Below are positions 16,912 through 26,549 of a DNA stretch of 64,000 nucleotides, piece by piece. This DNA is from an uncultured Desulfosarcina sp. GTDB lineage: Bacteria > Desulfobacterota > Desulfobacteria > Desulfobacterales > Desulfosarcinaceae. Position 1 is the stretch's first letter; every line of letters begins with the position of its first letter. Location of the stretch: positions 608,001-672,000 of the forward strand of contig CAXXWQ010000002.1 in NCBI GenBank assembly GCA_963674945.2, in the 5' to 3' direction. The notes under the pieces are model-generated. The model did not search any database. It was not told the DNA's origin and worked only from the letters and a program-made list of their open reading frames with translations. The position numbers and the translations under genes are program-made.

Positions 16912-19457
16912 ACACAAACCAGAGAAACGAGGAAACCGGCCGCGACACCGACGAACAAAAACGGCGGTTGGATCTCTATGAACGAAAAATCCGCGAACTG
17001 CAAGCCCAGGTCTCTCATGTTGAGACATTATCCGATACCATCTCCCGTAAAGAAGAGGAGATTTCCTACCTGAAAGGGCTCGTTCAGGATCAGGCCAATA
17101 CCATTGACGCCCTTCGAAATGGGCTCTTGTGGCGATCCACACTGCCATTTCGGCGATTGGGGAAAAAGGTTCGGCGACTTGTTTTCAAAAAGGATGGATT
17201 CGAAACCAACGACTGGATTTCCGCGGGCCGGGTGGCATTCAAACTCACCGCCGTCCACGAGCTGGAAGTGGATATCTCCTTGCGGAACCACTGGCGATCA
17301 TTGGGGGATGACCCCCATTTCCATTTGACGCCCCATCGCGCAAGGTCCTTTCGCGGGTGGTACATGGTCGAAGTCGCGGTCACCGGATCGTTGCCCCATG
17401 CGCTGGCCCGTTTCTATTTCGACGCCGGCAACGGCTATTCAGAGCGCCGAAGTATTGCGATTCCCTATCGTAACGGACAACTCACCAAACGGCTCTGCTG
17501 GTTCGATACATCACCCGTTGGCATTCGTTTCGATCCCATGGATTGCAAGGGATCTTTTCGAATCGACCATCTCGATTTCGTCAAGGTGCCCGGTTGGTTC
17601 GCCGTCAATCGAATGCTTCGGAAAATCCGGGCGACCAACGACGCGTATCTGGGAAAAAACCTGTCCGAGATTCGACAGGGGATCCAGCAGCAGGCCAGGG
17701 AAGAAGGGATTTCTTTTACCGAGGCCGTCAACAAGTTATATTCCCAATATTTTAAAGCCTCTACCAGAAGTTACGAGCAGTGGATCGAAACCGTCGAGGA
17801 ACCGGTATTTTCTGACTTCGTCGCCATTGAGAAAAGCATCGAAGGTTTTCGGCAAAAGCCCCTGATTTCGGTGATTGTACCGGTATACAACACCCGGCCA
17901 AGGCTCCTTCGCCGATGCATCGAATCGGTCATCGGACAGTCCTACTCCCACTGGGAGCTTTGCATCGCAGACGATGCCTCCACGGATGCCGCCATCGGCG
18001 AGATATTGTTATCCTATGCCCAACGCGATGCACGCATCAAGGTCGTGAGAAGACGGGAAAACGGGCACATCAGCGCGGCCTCGAACAGTGCCTTGCGATT
18101 GGCAACCGGTGACTTCATTGCCTTGCTCGATCACGATGATGAATTGGCCGAGCATGCCTTTTTTTTCGTAGCCAGGGCCGTCAATGAAAATCCCCGGACA
18201 AAAATCATCTACACGGATGAGGACAAGATCGACGAGAGCGGTCGCCGAAGCGATCCCCACTTCAAATCCGATTGGAACCCGGATCTTCTTTTTTCCCAGA
18301 ATTACATTTCTCATCTGGGCGTCTACCATCGGGATGTGGTCAATGCGGTCGGGGGGTTTCGTTTGGGCGTCGAAGGCAGTCAGGACTATGATTTTCTGTT
18401 GAGATGCGCCGCATCGGCGGATGGCGACGAGATCGTTCATATTCCCCTCGTGCTGTATCACTGGCGGACCGTCGAAGGGTCGACGGCCCAGGCCGCCCAT
18501 GAAAAAAGCTATACCACGGAAGCGGGCATCAAGGCGCTGGAGCACATCATTCCGATTCATCAATGGGATGCGGATGTGACACAAGGGATGCTGCCCAACA
18601 CATATCGGGTGATCCATCGCATCGCCGATCCGGAACCGCTGGTTACCCTGATCATCCCCACCCGCGATGGATTCGAGGTTCTTTCCCGCTGCATTTCGAG
18701 TATCCGGGAAAAGACCACTTATGGTAACTATGAGATCCTGATCGTGGACAACCAGAGCCGGGACCCCGAGACCCTCGATTATCTGCAGGCGATACAGGAT
18801 GGTGAAAAAATCCGGGTCGTCTCCTTCGATCACCCCTTTAATTTTTCGGCCATCAATAACTACGGAGCAAAACAGGCACGGGGAGATGTGCTCGGGTTGC
18901 TCAATAACGATATCGAAGTGATTACCCCGGATTGGCTGACGGAGATGGTCTCCCAGGCACTTCGGCCGAAAAGGGGGTGTGTGGGCGCCAAGCTGTACTA
19001 TCCGGACGGCAGAATCCAGCACGCCGGCGTGATTCTGGGCATCGGCGGCGTGGCCGGACACTCCCACAAATACTTCAACAAGTCCAGCCCGGGCTATTTC
19101 AGTCGTCTGATGCTGATTCAGAATGTATCCGCGGTGACCGCCGCCTGCCTGGTCGTTCGAAAAAAGATCTACCAGCAGGTCGACGGCCTGGACGAAAAGA
19201 ACCTTACCGTGGCATTCAACGATGTGGATTTTTGTTTAAAGGTACGCATGGCCGGGTACAAAAACGTGTGGACCCCTTACGCCGAGCTGGTGCATCACGA
19301 ATCCGTGAGCCGCGGTGTGGAAGATTCCACCGACAAAATTGAACGCTTCAATCGCGAAACCCGCTTCATGAAAGAGAAATGGAACGCGGTGCTTTCGTGC
19401 GATCCCTATTACAGCCCGCATCTTTCCATGGAGAAGGAGGATTTTTCCATTGGGTGA
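16908..19457 (+). CDS. Tandem GT2 glycosyltransferase with N-terminal coiled coil
   Basis: ISVIVPVYN…DDAS, LLDHDD, YTDED, GSQDYD; second domain FNFSAINN, LLNND, VTAACL, FNDVDFCL. Confidence 0.92.
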   Translation: MNTNQRNEETGRDTDEQKRRLDLYERKIRELQAQVSHVETLSDTISRKEEEISYLKGLVQDQANTIDALRNGLLWRSTLPFRRLGKKVRRLVFKKDGFETNDWISAGRVAFKLTAVHELEVDISLRNHWRSLGDDPHFHLTPHRARSFRGWYMVEVAVTGSLPHALARFYFDAGNGYSERRSIAIPYRNGQLTKRLCWFDTSPVGIRFDPMDCKGSFRIDHLDFVKVPGWFAVNRMLRKIRATNDAYLGKNLSEIRQGIQQQAREEGISFTEAVNKLYSQYFKASTRSYEQWIETVEEPVFSDFVAIEKSIEGFRQKPLISVIVPVYNTRPRLLRRCIESVIGQSYSHWELCIADDASTDAAIGEILLSYAQRDARIKVVRRRENGHISAASNSALRLATGDFIALLDHDDELAEHAFFFVARAVNENPRTKIIYTDEDKIDESGRRSDPHFKSDWNPDLLFSQNYISHLGVYHRDVVNAVGGFRLGVEGSQDYDFLLRCAASADGDEIVHIPLVLYHWRTVEGSTAQAAHEKSYTTEAGIKALEHIIPIHQWDADVTQGMLPNTYRVIHRIADPEPLVTLIIPTRDGFEVLSRCISSIREKTTYGNYEILIVDNQSRDPETLDYLQAIQDGEKIRVVSFDHPFNFSAINNYGAKQARGDVLGLLNNDIEVITPDWLTEMVSQALRPKRGCVGAKLYYPDGRIQHAGVILGIGGVAGHSHKYFNKSSPGYFSRLMLIQNVSAVTAACLVVRKKIYQQVDGLDEKNLTVAFNDVDFCLKVRMAGYKNVWTPYAELVHHESVSRGVEDSTDKIERFNRETRFMKEKWNAVLSCDPYYSPHLSMEKEDFSIG

Positions 19458-19466
19458 CAGGAAAAC

Positions 19467-19838
19467 CAGAATACAGGAGTCAGGAGTCAGAATCCAGAAG
19501 TTGGATTTGCCTTCGGCTCAATCATAAAAATGAGTTGGGGATCCATACGTTAGAATGAAACGACCACCGGCAAAAAATTTTCAAGACTTGATTGTGTGGC
19601 AAAAAGCGCATCAATTTGTTTTGGCTGTGTATCGCTATGGTAAAAATGTTGAATTGACAAATCAACTCCAGGATGTCAGCAAATTTTTGGAAGGTGACCT
19701 TTCTTCCATTTTGCAAACAGAAAATAGGTAATGCTAATATTTATATTAATAGATGGAGCGAAGCGACAACATCGCCATTCTGACTCCTGACTCCTGACTT
19801 CTGGATTCTGAATTCTGTATTTTTGTGATTTGGAATTT
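19467..19838. repeat. Filled heptamer-arm element (copy 3)
   Basis: Left arm, P motif, shortened four-helix-bundle gene, S motif, reverse arm, TTGTGATTTGGAATTT. Confidence 0.9.
19555..19731 (+). pseudogene. Four-helix-bundle gene with in-frame 195-bp internal deletion (copy 3, 58 aa)
   Basis: MKRPPAKNFQDLIVWQKAHQFVLAVYRY|GKNVELTNQLQDVSKFLEGDLSSILQTENR; junction at shared GCTAT. Confidence 0.88.
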
Positions 19839-19886
19839 ATATATGAGCTTAGCAACACATTCTCCTGGTTCTTCACGGTTTTGATA

Positions 19887-20894
19887 ATGCTTCCCATGAT
19901 CTTCATCCATATTCCAAAGACCGCCGGAACGAGCTTTCGACTCGGTGCCAGGGCCTATTTCGGCCCCGAATATGAGATCAAGGATTATGGACCCAGAGTG
20001 GAAGCCACTTCACCCATGGTAAGAAAAATCATTTACCAACAAAACGATTTCGAACGATTTCGAAAGGTCATCGATAATCGTGAAATCAAATTTGTCACGG
20101 GACATTTCCCATCGGAAAAATATCTGGCATACTTCGATATGGGCACATTTGTCACGTTCGTCAGAGACCCGGTGCAACGGGTGGTCTCGGAGTACAAACA
20201 CGCGGTGCGGGTCAACGGATTCAACGGTACGCTCCGTGAATTTTGCCGACGACCGCGCAATATCAACCGGCAGTGGGAGGCCGTTCGGGTCATCGGGATT
20301 GAAAACATGGCCTTCGTCGGCCTCACGGAACAATACGAAACATCACTTTCTGCCATCAACGCCATCTTCGGTACCGATATCATGGCGTTGAAGAAAAATA
20401 TCGGTAAGGAGACGTTGCATGAACAGCATCCTATCGATCCGCCGGATGTCGATTTCATCAAAACCCTGAACCATGCCGATGTGGCGCTTTACGAAGAGGT
20501 AACGGATCGTTTTACAAAAGCCGATAAACCATTTTCCGTTGTCTGCAGGGATGACCAGTATAAAGGAAATGTCGGCGGGATAAGGGACGGGAAAATCTTT
20601 GGGTGGGCGGTAAACGAGACACGGGAGGCCCCCGTCGTTCTCAATATCCTGATCAATGGCGAAATGGTGGCAGAGGTCATCGCCAATCGGTATCGGCCGC
20701 ACTTGAAGGACGTGGGAATCACACGTTCCGGCTGCGCCGGCGTTCTCTTCGACCTCGGAAGCCGATCCGTGCGCAGCGGTGACATCATCGCCTTTCAGGT
20801 CGTAAAAACCGGGCAGGTGCTGGGAACCCGGCGCGTCACGGCGGAGATGGTCGAAGGGGGAAAGAACATTGAACGTCCTACATCGAACAATTAA
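19887..20894 (+). CDS. Sulfotransferase family 2 protein with C-terminal GWA beta domain
   Basis: FIHIPKTAGTSF (5'-PSB-like) and RDPVQRVVSEY (3'-PB-like). Confidence 0.8.
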   Translation: MLPMIFIHIPKTAGTSFRLGARAYFGPEYEIKDYGPRVEATSPMVRKIIYQQNDFERFRKVIDNREIKFVTGHFPSEKYLAYFDMGTFVTFVRDPVQRVVSEYKHAVRVNGFNGTLREFCRRPRNINRQWEAVRVIGIENMAFVGLTEQYETSLSAINAIFGTDIMALKKNIGKETLHEQHPIDPPDVDFIKTLNHADVALYEEVTDRFTKADKPFSVVCRDDQYKGNVGGIRDGKIFGWAVNETREAPVVLNILINGEMVAEVIANRYRPHLKDVGITRSGCAGVLFDLGSRSVRSGDIIAFQVVKTGQVLGTRRVTAEMVEGGKNIERPTSNN

Positions 20895-21174
20895 CTACAA
20901 CTCCCAATGGCTAAATTCCAAACCATGAATGAAAAGAATTCAGGAGTCAGGAGTCAGAATCCAGAAGTCGGATCCGCCTTCGGCGCATCCGAAAAAAGGT
21001 AACCAAAGAGGACACAAAAGAGTACAGAGAACGAATCAAATTGTAGTTCTCTGTGTACTCTACTGCTCTCTGTAGTGAATAACGCATTGCCTGAAAAGGC
21101 AGGTGTCTTTACATTAGAAAGAGCGAAGCGATAACAACGCCATTCTGACTACTGACTCCTGGATTCTGGCTTCT
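20866..21174. repeat. Nested element with hairpin cargo
   Basis: AACATTGAACGTCCTACATCGAAC arm; heptamer arm from 20936; P variant; AGAGTACAGAGAAC/GTTCTCTGTGTACTCT hairpin; S variant; reverse arm. Confidence 0.85.
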
Positions 21175-21195
21175 TTCGTTTCGAAATGAAATATT

Positions 21196-22146
21196 ATGAC
21201 GAAAAACATAGAACCACTGATCAATACCGGTATCCATCTTTTAAACCCGGATGATGAACGCGCGCATCAACCGCGAAAAACCATCATCGTCTCCGGGGTG
21301 GCGCGAAGCGGAACTTCCCTGGTGGCCGGAGTCCTTTCAAAGTTGGGCGTCTTTTTGGGAGATACCGCATGTCCCCCGGTCTATGAGGATACGGAACTCG
21401 GTCGTGCCATGGAAAACCGGGAACTCGCGGCGGCCAAGGCGATTATCGGCCGATACGATGAAAAACACGCGATTTGGGGATGGAAGCGACCGTCTTCCAT
21501 CGGGTATCTTGATGAGGTCGACGCGGTTTTCTCCAATCCCATTTACGTTTTTATTTTCAAGGATATTTTTTCCATAGCAAAACGAAACGAGATCTCCATG
21601 CATGCGGATCTGATAAAAAATATGCGAAGCGTCTATAAACAACAGGGAAAAATCATCGACTTCATCGAGGAAAGAAATCCCGTTGCCATGCTTGTCGCAT
21701 ATGATAAGGCATTGGTGGAGAAGGATCGATTCGTCCGCGCCCTTTGTGAATTGGCCGGAATCGAGGCGTCGGCCGACCAATTCAATGCCGCCGTGGAATT
21801 TATCACACCCAATCCGCCCGACTACCTGGATGCATCCCGGATCACCAAGGCAAGAGGGAGCGTGGGGATGATAAAGGAAAATTGCGTGGTGGGTTGGGCC
21901 CGGGCGGTTTACAATGACACGCCCATTCATGTAGAATTGTATGTGAATGAAAGACTTGTCGCCGTAACGATGGCCAATCTTCTTCGAGAGAATCTCGTGG
22001 AAAAGGGCCTTCACCCCACCGGTCATGCGGGATTTCGTTTCGACCTCGATGAAGACACGAAACTTCAAAAAGGGGACGTCATACGGGTACGCGCGGAAAA
22101 CGAGGTGAATGACCTTGGCAATTGTCCGTTGGTGTTTGGGGAATAA
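21196..22146 (+). CDS. Sulfotransferase-like P-loop protein with C-terminal GWA beta domain
   Basis: IIVSGVARSGTSLVA, WGWK.P; C-terminal VGWA…ANLLRENL…GHAGFRF. Confidence 0.65.
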   Translation: MTKNIEPLINTGIHLLNPDDERAHQPRKTIIVSGVARSGTSLVAGVLSKLGVFLGDTACPPVYEDTELGRAMENRELAAAKAIIGRYDEKHAIWGWKRPSSIGYLDEVDAVFSNPIYVFIFKDIFSIAKRNEISMHADLIKNMRSVYKQQGKIIDFIEERNPVAMLVAYDKALVEKDRFVRALCELAGIEASADQFNAAVEFITPNPPDYLDASRITKARGSVGMIKENCVVGWARAVYNDTPIHVELYVNERLVAVTMANLLRENLVEKGLHPTGHAGFRFDLDEDTKLQKGDVIRVRAENEVNDLGNCPLVFGE

Positions 22147-22154
22147 AAAAAAGG

Positions 22155-22212
22155 GAATTCAGTAGTCAGGAGTCAGAATCCAGAATGTGGATTTGCCTTC
22201 GGCTCATTCGAT
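22155..22212 (+). repeat. Solo left arm (heptamers and P motif)
   Basis: GAATTCAGTAGTCAGGAGTCAGAATCCAGAATGTGGATTTGCCTTCGGCTCATTCG. Confidence 0.8.
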
Positions 22213-22270
22213 CAATAAACAGCAAGAAACCACAGAGATAAGTCACCAACAAAATAGCGGGGATAACCAA

Positions 22271-23359
22271 ATGAAAAAAAAATGTGCATTGATCACCGGT
22301 GTTACAGGACAAGATGGCGCCTATCTTGCCGAGTTTCTGCTGGGAAAGGGCTACGAGGTGCATGGGCTCAAACGGCGAACCTCGCTGATTAATACCGATC
22401 GAATCGATCACCTTTATCAGGACCCCCACGAAGAAGACCGGAGTTTTATTTTACATTACGGGGATCTGACCGATTCCTCCAGCCTGATCCATGTGATCGA
22501 AAAGGTCAAACCCGACGAAATTTACAACCTGGCTGCCCAGTCCCATGTGGCGGTTTCCTTTGAAGAGCCGGAATATACGGCCAATGCGGACGGCATCGGT
22601 GCATTACGGATCCTGGAAGCCATTCGGATCTTGGGCCTGACGAAAAAAACGAGGTTCTATCAGGCCTCCACTTCCGAGCTTTACGGACTCGTACAGGAAA
22701 TTCCCCAAACCGAGAAAACCCCCTTTTACCCCCGATCACCCTATGCGGTGGCCAAACTATACGCCTATTGGATAACGGTAAATTATCGGGAGGCCTATGA
22801 CATCTACGCATGCAACGGCATCCTGTTCAATCATGAGTCGCCCATTCGCGGGGAGACCTTTGTTACCCGGAAAATCACCCGAGGACTGGCCCGGATCAAG
22901 GCCGGGCTTCACGATTGTTTGTATATCGGAAATTTGAATGCGAAACGGGATTGGGGGCATGCAAAGGATTACGTGGAGATGCAGTGGCTTATGCTGCAGC
23001 AGGAAAAGGCCGCGGATTTCGTGATCGCGACCGGTGAGCAGCACAGCGTGCGGGAATTCATCTCGGTTGCCGCCGACCAGTTGGATATGTCCATCACCTG
23101 GGAAGGTGCCGGACCCGATGAGAAGGGATTTGATGAAAAGGGGCGGTGCATCGTTCGCGTCGATCCACGATATTTCCGCCCCACGGAGGTGGAGACGCTT
23201 CTGGGGGATGCGACGAAGGCGAAAGAGAAGTTGGGATGGACCCCCAAAATAACCTTCAAGGAGATGGTCGAAGAGATGGTGGCGGAGGATCTCAAAACCG
23301 CACAGCGGGACGAACTGGTCATGCGGCATGGGTTTCAGATCCACAATCATCATGAATAG
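22271..23359 (+). CDS. gmd: GDP-mannose 4,6-dehydratase
   Basis: [65 protein letters not shown]. Confidence 0.97.
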   Translation: MKKKCALITGVTGQDGAYLAEFLLGKGYEVHGLKRRTSLINTDRIDHLYQDPHEEDRSFILHYGDLTDSSSLIHVIEKVKPDEIYNLAAQSHVAVSFEEPEYTANADGIGALRILEAIRILGLTKKTRFYQASTSELYGLVQEIPQTEKTPFYPRSPYAVAKLYAYWITVNYREAYDIYACNGILFNHESPIRGETFVTRKITRGLARIKAGLHDCLYIGNLNAKRDWGHAKDYVEMQWLMLQQEKAADFVIATGEQHSVREFISVAADQLDMSITWEGAGPDEKGFDEKGRCIVRVDPRYFRPTEVETLLGDATKAKEKLGWTPKITFKEMVEEMVAEDLKTAQRDELVMRHGFQIHNHHE

Positions 23360-23636
23360 GGTGGCAGAATCAGAAGGTCGAACAATTAAATACAAATTCC
23401 AATATCCAAATAACAAAACAGCAGAATTCAGGAGTCAGAAGTCAGAATCCAGAAGGTGGATTAGTTGTATTCAAACCGGGTGCTTTGCACCCGGAATCAC
23501 CCCGAACGATGAAAGCACTAACGTGCTTTTGGATATCCGGCCCATGGCCGAATATCCAAGTCACCCGCTTTGCGGGTGATCGTTGACGCTCCTTTGGCTC
23601 AATCATAAATAAAGAGCTGGAAATCCAGAATGTAGA

Positions 23637-24001
23637 ATGAAACGAGCACCGGCAAAAATTTTCAGGACTTGATTGTTTGGCAAAAAGCGCATCGATTCGT
23701 ATTAGGTATGTATTGCTATACTGAATCATTTCCTAAAAGTGAGATTTATGGTTTGACATCACAATTGAGAAGATCATCCGTATCCATTCCAGCTAATATT
23801 GCAGAAGGCTTTAAAAAAAAGACGGTGCCTGATAAGGCAAAGTTTATGAACATAGCGCAAGGTTCTCTTGAAGAGACACGGTACTATCTCATTTTGGCGG
23901 CGGATCTTGGTTATGGTGAAAATGTTGAATTGACGAAGCAACTTCGGGAGGTCAGTAAATTGTTGGAAGGTTACCTTTCTTCTATTTTGCATTCTGTATA
24001 G
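23637..24001 (+). pseudogene. Four-helix-bundle gene (copy 4); 5' frameshift, 110-aa body intact from TTG 23669
   Basis: Same A5 tract as copy 2; VWQKAH, EIYGLTSQLRRSSVSIPANIAEG, AQGSLEETRYYLILAADLGY. Confidence 0.8.
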
Positions 24002-24044
24002 AGGCAACGGTAATATTCAAATTGAAGGAGCGAAGCGACACCTT

Positions 24045-24324
24045 CTCCTGGCTCCTGGCTCCTGGCTCCTGGCTCCTGGCTCCTGGCTCCTGGCTCCTGG
24101 CTCCTGGCTCCTGGCTCCTGGCTCCTGGCTCCTGGCTCCTGGCTCCTGGCTCCTGGCTCCTGGCTCCTGGCTCCTGGCTCCTGGCTCCTGGCTCCTGGCT
24201 CCTGGCTCCTGGCTCCTGGCTCCTGGCTCCTGGCTCCTGGCTCCTGGCTCCTGGCTCCTGGCTCCTGGCTCCTGGCTCCTGGCTCCTGGCTCCTGGCTCC
24301 TGGCTCCTGGCTCCTGGCTCCTGG
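24045..24324 (+). repeat. Perfect tandem heptamer (CTCCTGG)40
   Basis: 280 bp counted directly. Confidence 0.97.
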
Positions 24325-24384
24325 CTCCTCTCGTTTGTCTTTCTTGTAGTGGAAAACCATTACTCGACAAGGTAAGGTTCAACT

Positions 24385-25548
24385 ATGCAAAAAAACAGCA
24401 AGATCTACGTCGCCGGCCACAGGGGGCTCGTGGGATCGGCACTCATGCGAACGCTTCAAGCGCAGGGATATGGTAATATCGTCACCCGCACCCATGCCGA
24501 ACTGGATTTATGCGATCAAGCCGCCGTTCGAGATTTTTTCCAACAGGAGCAACCGGAATATGTCTTCCTTGCCGCGGCCAAGGTCGGCGGCATCTGGGCG
24601 AACAACACCTTTCCGGCGGAATTCCTCTATCAGAATATCAGCATCCAGAGCAATGTCATCCATTTTGCGAAACAAACCGGAGTTCGTCGTCTCCTGTTTC
24701 TCGGCTCCTCCTGCATTTACCCCCGCGATTGTCCCCAGCCGATGAAGGAGTCGTACCTGTTGACCGGACCGCTGGAATCAACCAATCGGCCCTATGCGGT
24801 GGCGAAGATCGCCGGTATCGAGATGTGCTGGTCGTACAATCGGCAATATGGAACGAAATACCTGGCCGTGATGCCGACAAACCTTTACGGTCCCAACGAT
24901 AGCTATGATCTGACAAATTCCCATGTGCTGCCCGCATTGATACGAAAGATTCACCTGGCGAAGCTGGCGAAAAATGGGGATCTGGAGGGGATTCGACAAG
25001 ACAGGGACCGAAGAGGGGATATACCCGTAGACGTGTTGCAAACCATCGGCGTTTCCGAAGATCTCTCGGCTTCCATCTCCGATGATGTGAAACTCGTCGT
25101 GTGGGGCACCGGATCTCCAAAGAGAGAGTTTTTGTACAGCGACGATATGGCCAGGGCGAGCCTGTTTCTGATGTCCCTTCCCGACAAGGAATTTGACAAT
25201 CTGGTAAGGGCCGAAGCGCTTCCGCTGATCAACATCGGGTGTGGCTATGATCTGACGATCAGAAAACTGGCTGAAACGATCCAGGACGTGCTCGGTTTTT
25301 CCGGGGAAATCATCTGGGACAAGAACAAGCCGGATGGTACGCCCCAAAAGCTATTGGATGTCGGCAACCTCTTTTCCCTGGGATGGAAACCAACCGTAAA
25401 TCTCGAAGCGGGCATCGCGGCGGCGTATGAGGATTACCTGAACGAAAGAATTCAGGAGCCGGAAGTCGGAATCCGGAAATCGCGGGTTTTATCGCCACAG
25501 ACACACACAGACGCACACAGACGAAATAGAGCCGATTCCAATTTTTAG
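24385..25548 (+). CDS. fcl: GDP-L-fucose synthase with repeat-derived C-terminal tail
   Basis: AGHRGLVGSA, AAAKVGGI, LGSSCIYP, MPTNLYGP.D, SHVLPAL, WGTG.P.REF, KPDGTP. Confidence 0.95.
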   Translation: MQKNSKIYVAGHRGLVGSALMRTLQAQGYGNIVTRTHAELDLCDQAAVRDFFQQEQPEYVFLAAAKVGGIWANNTFPAEFLYQNISIQSNVIHFAKQTGVRRLLFLGSSCIYPRDCPQPMKESYLLTGPLESTNRPYAVAKIAGIEMCWSYNRQYGTKYLAVMPTNLYGPNDSYDLTNSHVLPALIRKIHLAKLAKNGDLEGIRQDRDRRGDIPVDVLQTIGVSEDLSASISDDVKLVVWGTGSPKREFLYSDDMARASLFLMSLPDKEFDNLVRAEALPLINIGCGYDLTIRKLAETIQDVLGFSGEIIWDKNKPDGTPQKLLDVGNLFSLGWKPTVNLEAGIAAAYEDYLNERIQEPEVGIRKSRVLSPQTHTDAHRRNRADSNF

Positions 25549-25604
25549 CTCATTACACATCACTCATTACTGATCACTGATTTTTCCTCCGCGTCTCAGC
25601 GTGC
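25492..25604 (+). repeat. 113-bp direct repeat, copy A
   Basis: TCGCCACAGACACACACAGACGCACACAGACG…GCGTCTCAGCGTGC, identical to 26375-26487. Confidence 0.95.
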
Positions 25605-25729
25605 TCGAGCAAAGCGGGCGAGAAAAAGATCAGCGAAGCGACAACTTCGCCATTCTGACTCCTGGCTTCTGCAGTTGCAGTTCTCTGTGGTGAATAACGA
25701 ATTACCTGAAAAGGCAGGAACAATTAAAC

Positions 25730-25763
25730 TTGATAGTACTAAAAAATGTACTATAATACGTAC
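25730..25763 (+). promoter_or_regulatory. Putative TA promoter/operator
   Basis: TTGATA-16 nt-TATAAT overlapped by three GTAC cores spaced 12 bp apart (25736, 25748, 25760). Confidence 0.55.
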
Positions 25764-25789
25764 AAAATAAACATGCATGCGGGTGCAAT

Positions 25790-26071
25790 ATGCAAAGAAT
25801 AAAAATTGATCAGGATATTAAGCCCTTGTCGGAAGTTAGGACCGGAATTGCAAACTTCATAAAACAAGTTCATGATACAAAACGCCCATTGGTCATTACA
25901 CAGCATGGAAAAGGCGTGGCCGTGCTAATCGATGTTCATGAATATGAAGCGATCCAAAATCGGCTTGAGCTTTTGACAGATATCCAGTTAGGGCTGAACC
26001 AGATTGAAAACGGACAAGGAATCGATCAAGAAAATGCAAAGCAGATGGTTATCCAGCGAGCCTTACAATGA
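25790..26071 (+). CDS. Phd/YefM family antitoxin
   Basis: RPLVITQHGKGVAVLI..EYE motif; 93 aa; overlaps the toxin start. Confidence 0.9.
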   Translation: MQRIKIDQDIKPLSEVRTGIANFIKQVHDTKRPLVITQHGKGVAVLIDVHEYEAIQNRLELLTDIQLGLNQIENGQGIDQENAKQMVIQRALQ

Positions 26072-26364
26072 AAATTGTATGGTCTCCTCTTGCGATAGAG
26101 CGGACTTCAGAAATCGCGGGTTTTATTGCCAGAGACAAACCATCCGCTGCAGAAGAATGGATCGATACCGTTTTTCTGAAGGTCGAACAGCTATTGGACT
26201 CACCTGAGATCGGTAGGATTGTGCCCGAAATAAACAACAAGCAGTTTCGAGAGATAATTTATGGTAACTATCGAATTATTTATCGTGTCGAAATAAAGCG
26301 GATTTCAATTCTTACGATCCAACATGGGAACCAGATATTACCAATAAAGGAAATCTTGACATAA
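26068..26364 (+). CDS. RelE/ParE family toxin
   Basis: MKIVWS..A, P..GRIVPE, REIIYGNYRIIY. Confidence 0.9.
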   Translation: MKIVWSPLAIERTSEIAGFIARDKPSAAEEWIDTVFLKVEQLLDSPEIGRIVPEINNKQFREIIYGNYRIIYRVEIKRISILTIQHGNQILPIKEILT

Positions 26365-26374
26365 CAACATCTTT

Positions 26375-26487
26375 TCGCCACAGACACACACAGACGCACA
26401 CAGACGAAATAGAGCCGATTCCAATTTTTAGCTCATTACACATCACTCATTACTGATCACTGATTTTTCCTCCGCGTCTCAGCGTGC
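26375..26487 (+). repeat. 113-bp direct repeat, copy B
   Basis: Identical to 25492-25604. Confidence 0.95.
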
Positions 26488-26549
26488 AAAATTATATCAT
26501 AATTGTAATTATGCATTGCATTGTTACAAATTCATTGTATGATAGCACC

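Larger units (their letters stand above)
23393..24329. repeat. Filled heptamer-arm element (copy 4) with expanded right arm
   Basis: Near duplicate of 12379-13275 including the 126-bp insertion; (CTCCTGG)40. Confidence 0.9.

Noticed and set aside
25492..26487. Canonical integron with attC sites
   Set aside because: No tyrosine integrase in the window, and the repeats lack clear RYYYAAC/GTTRRRY ends
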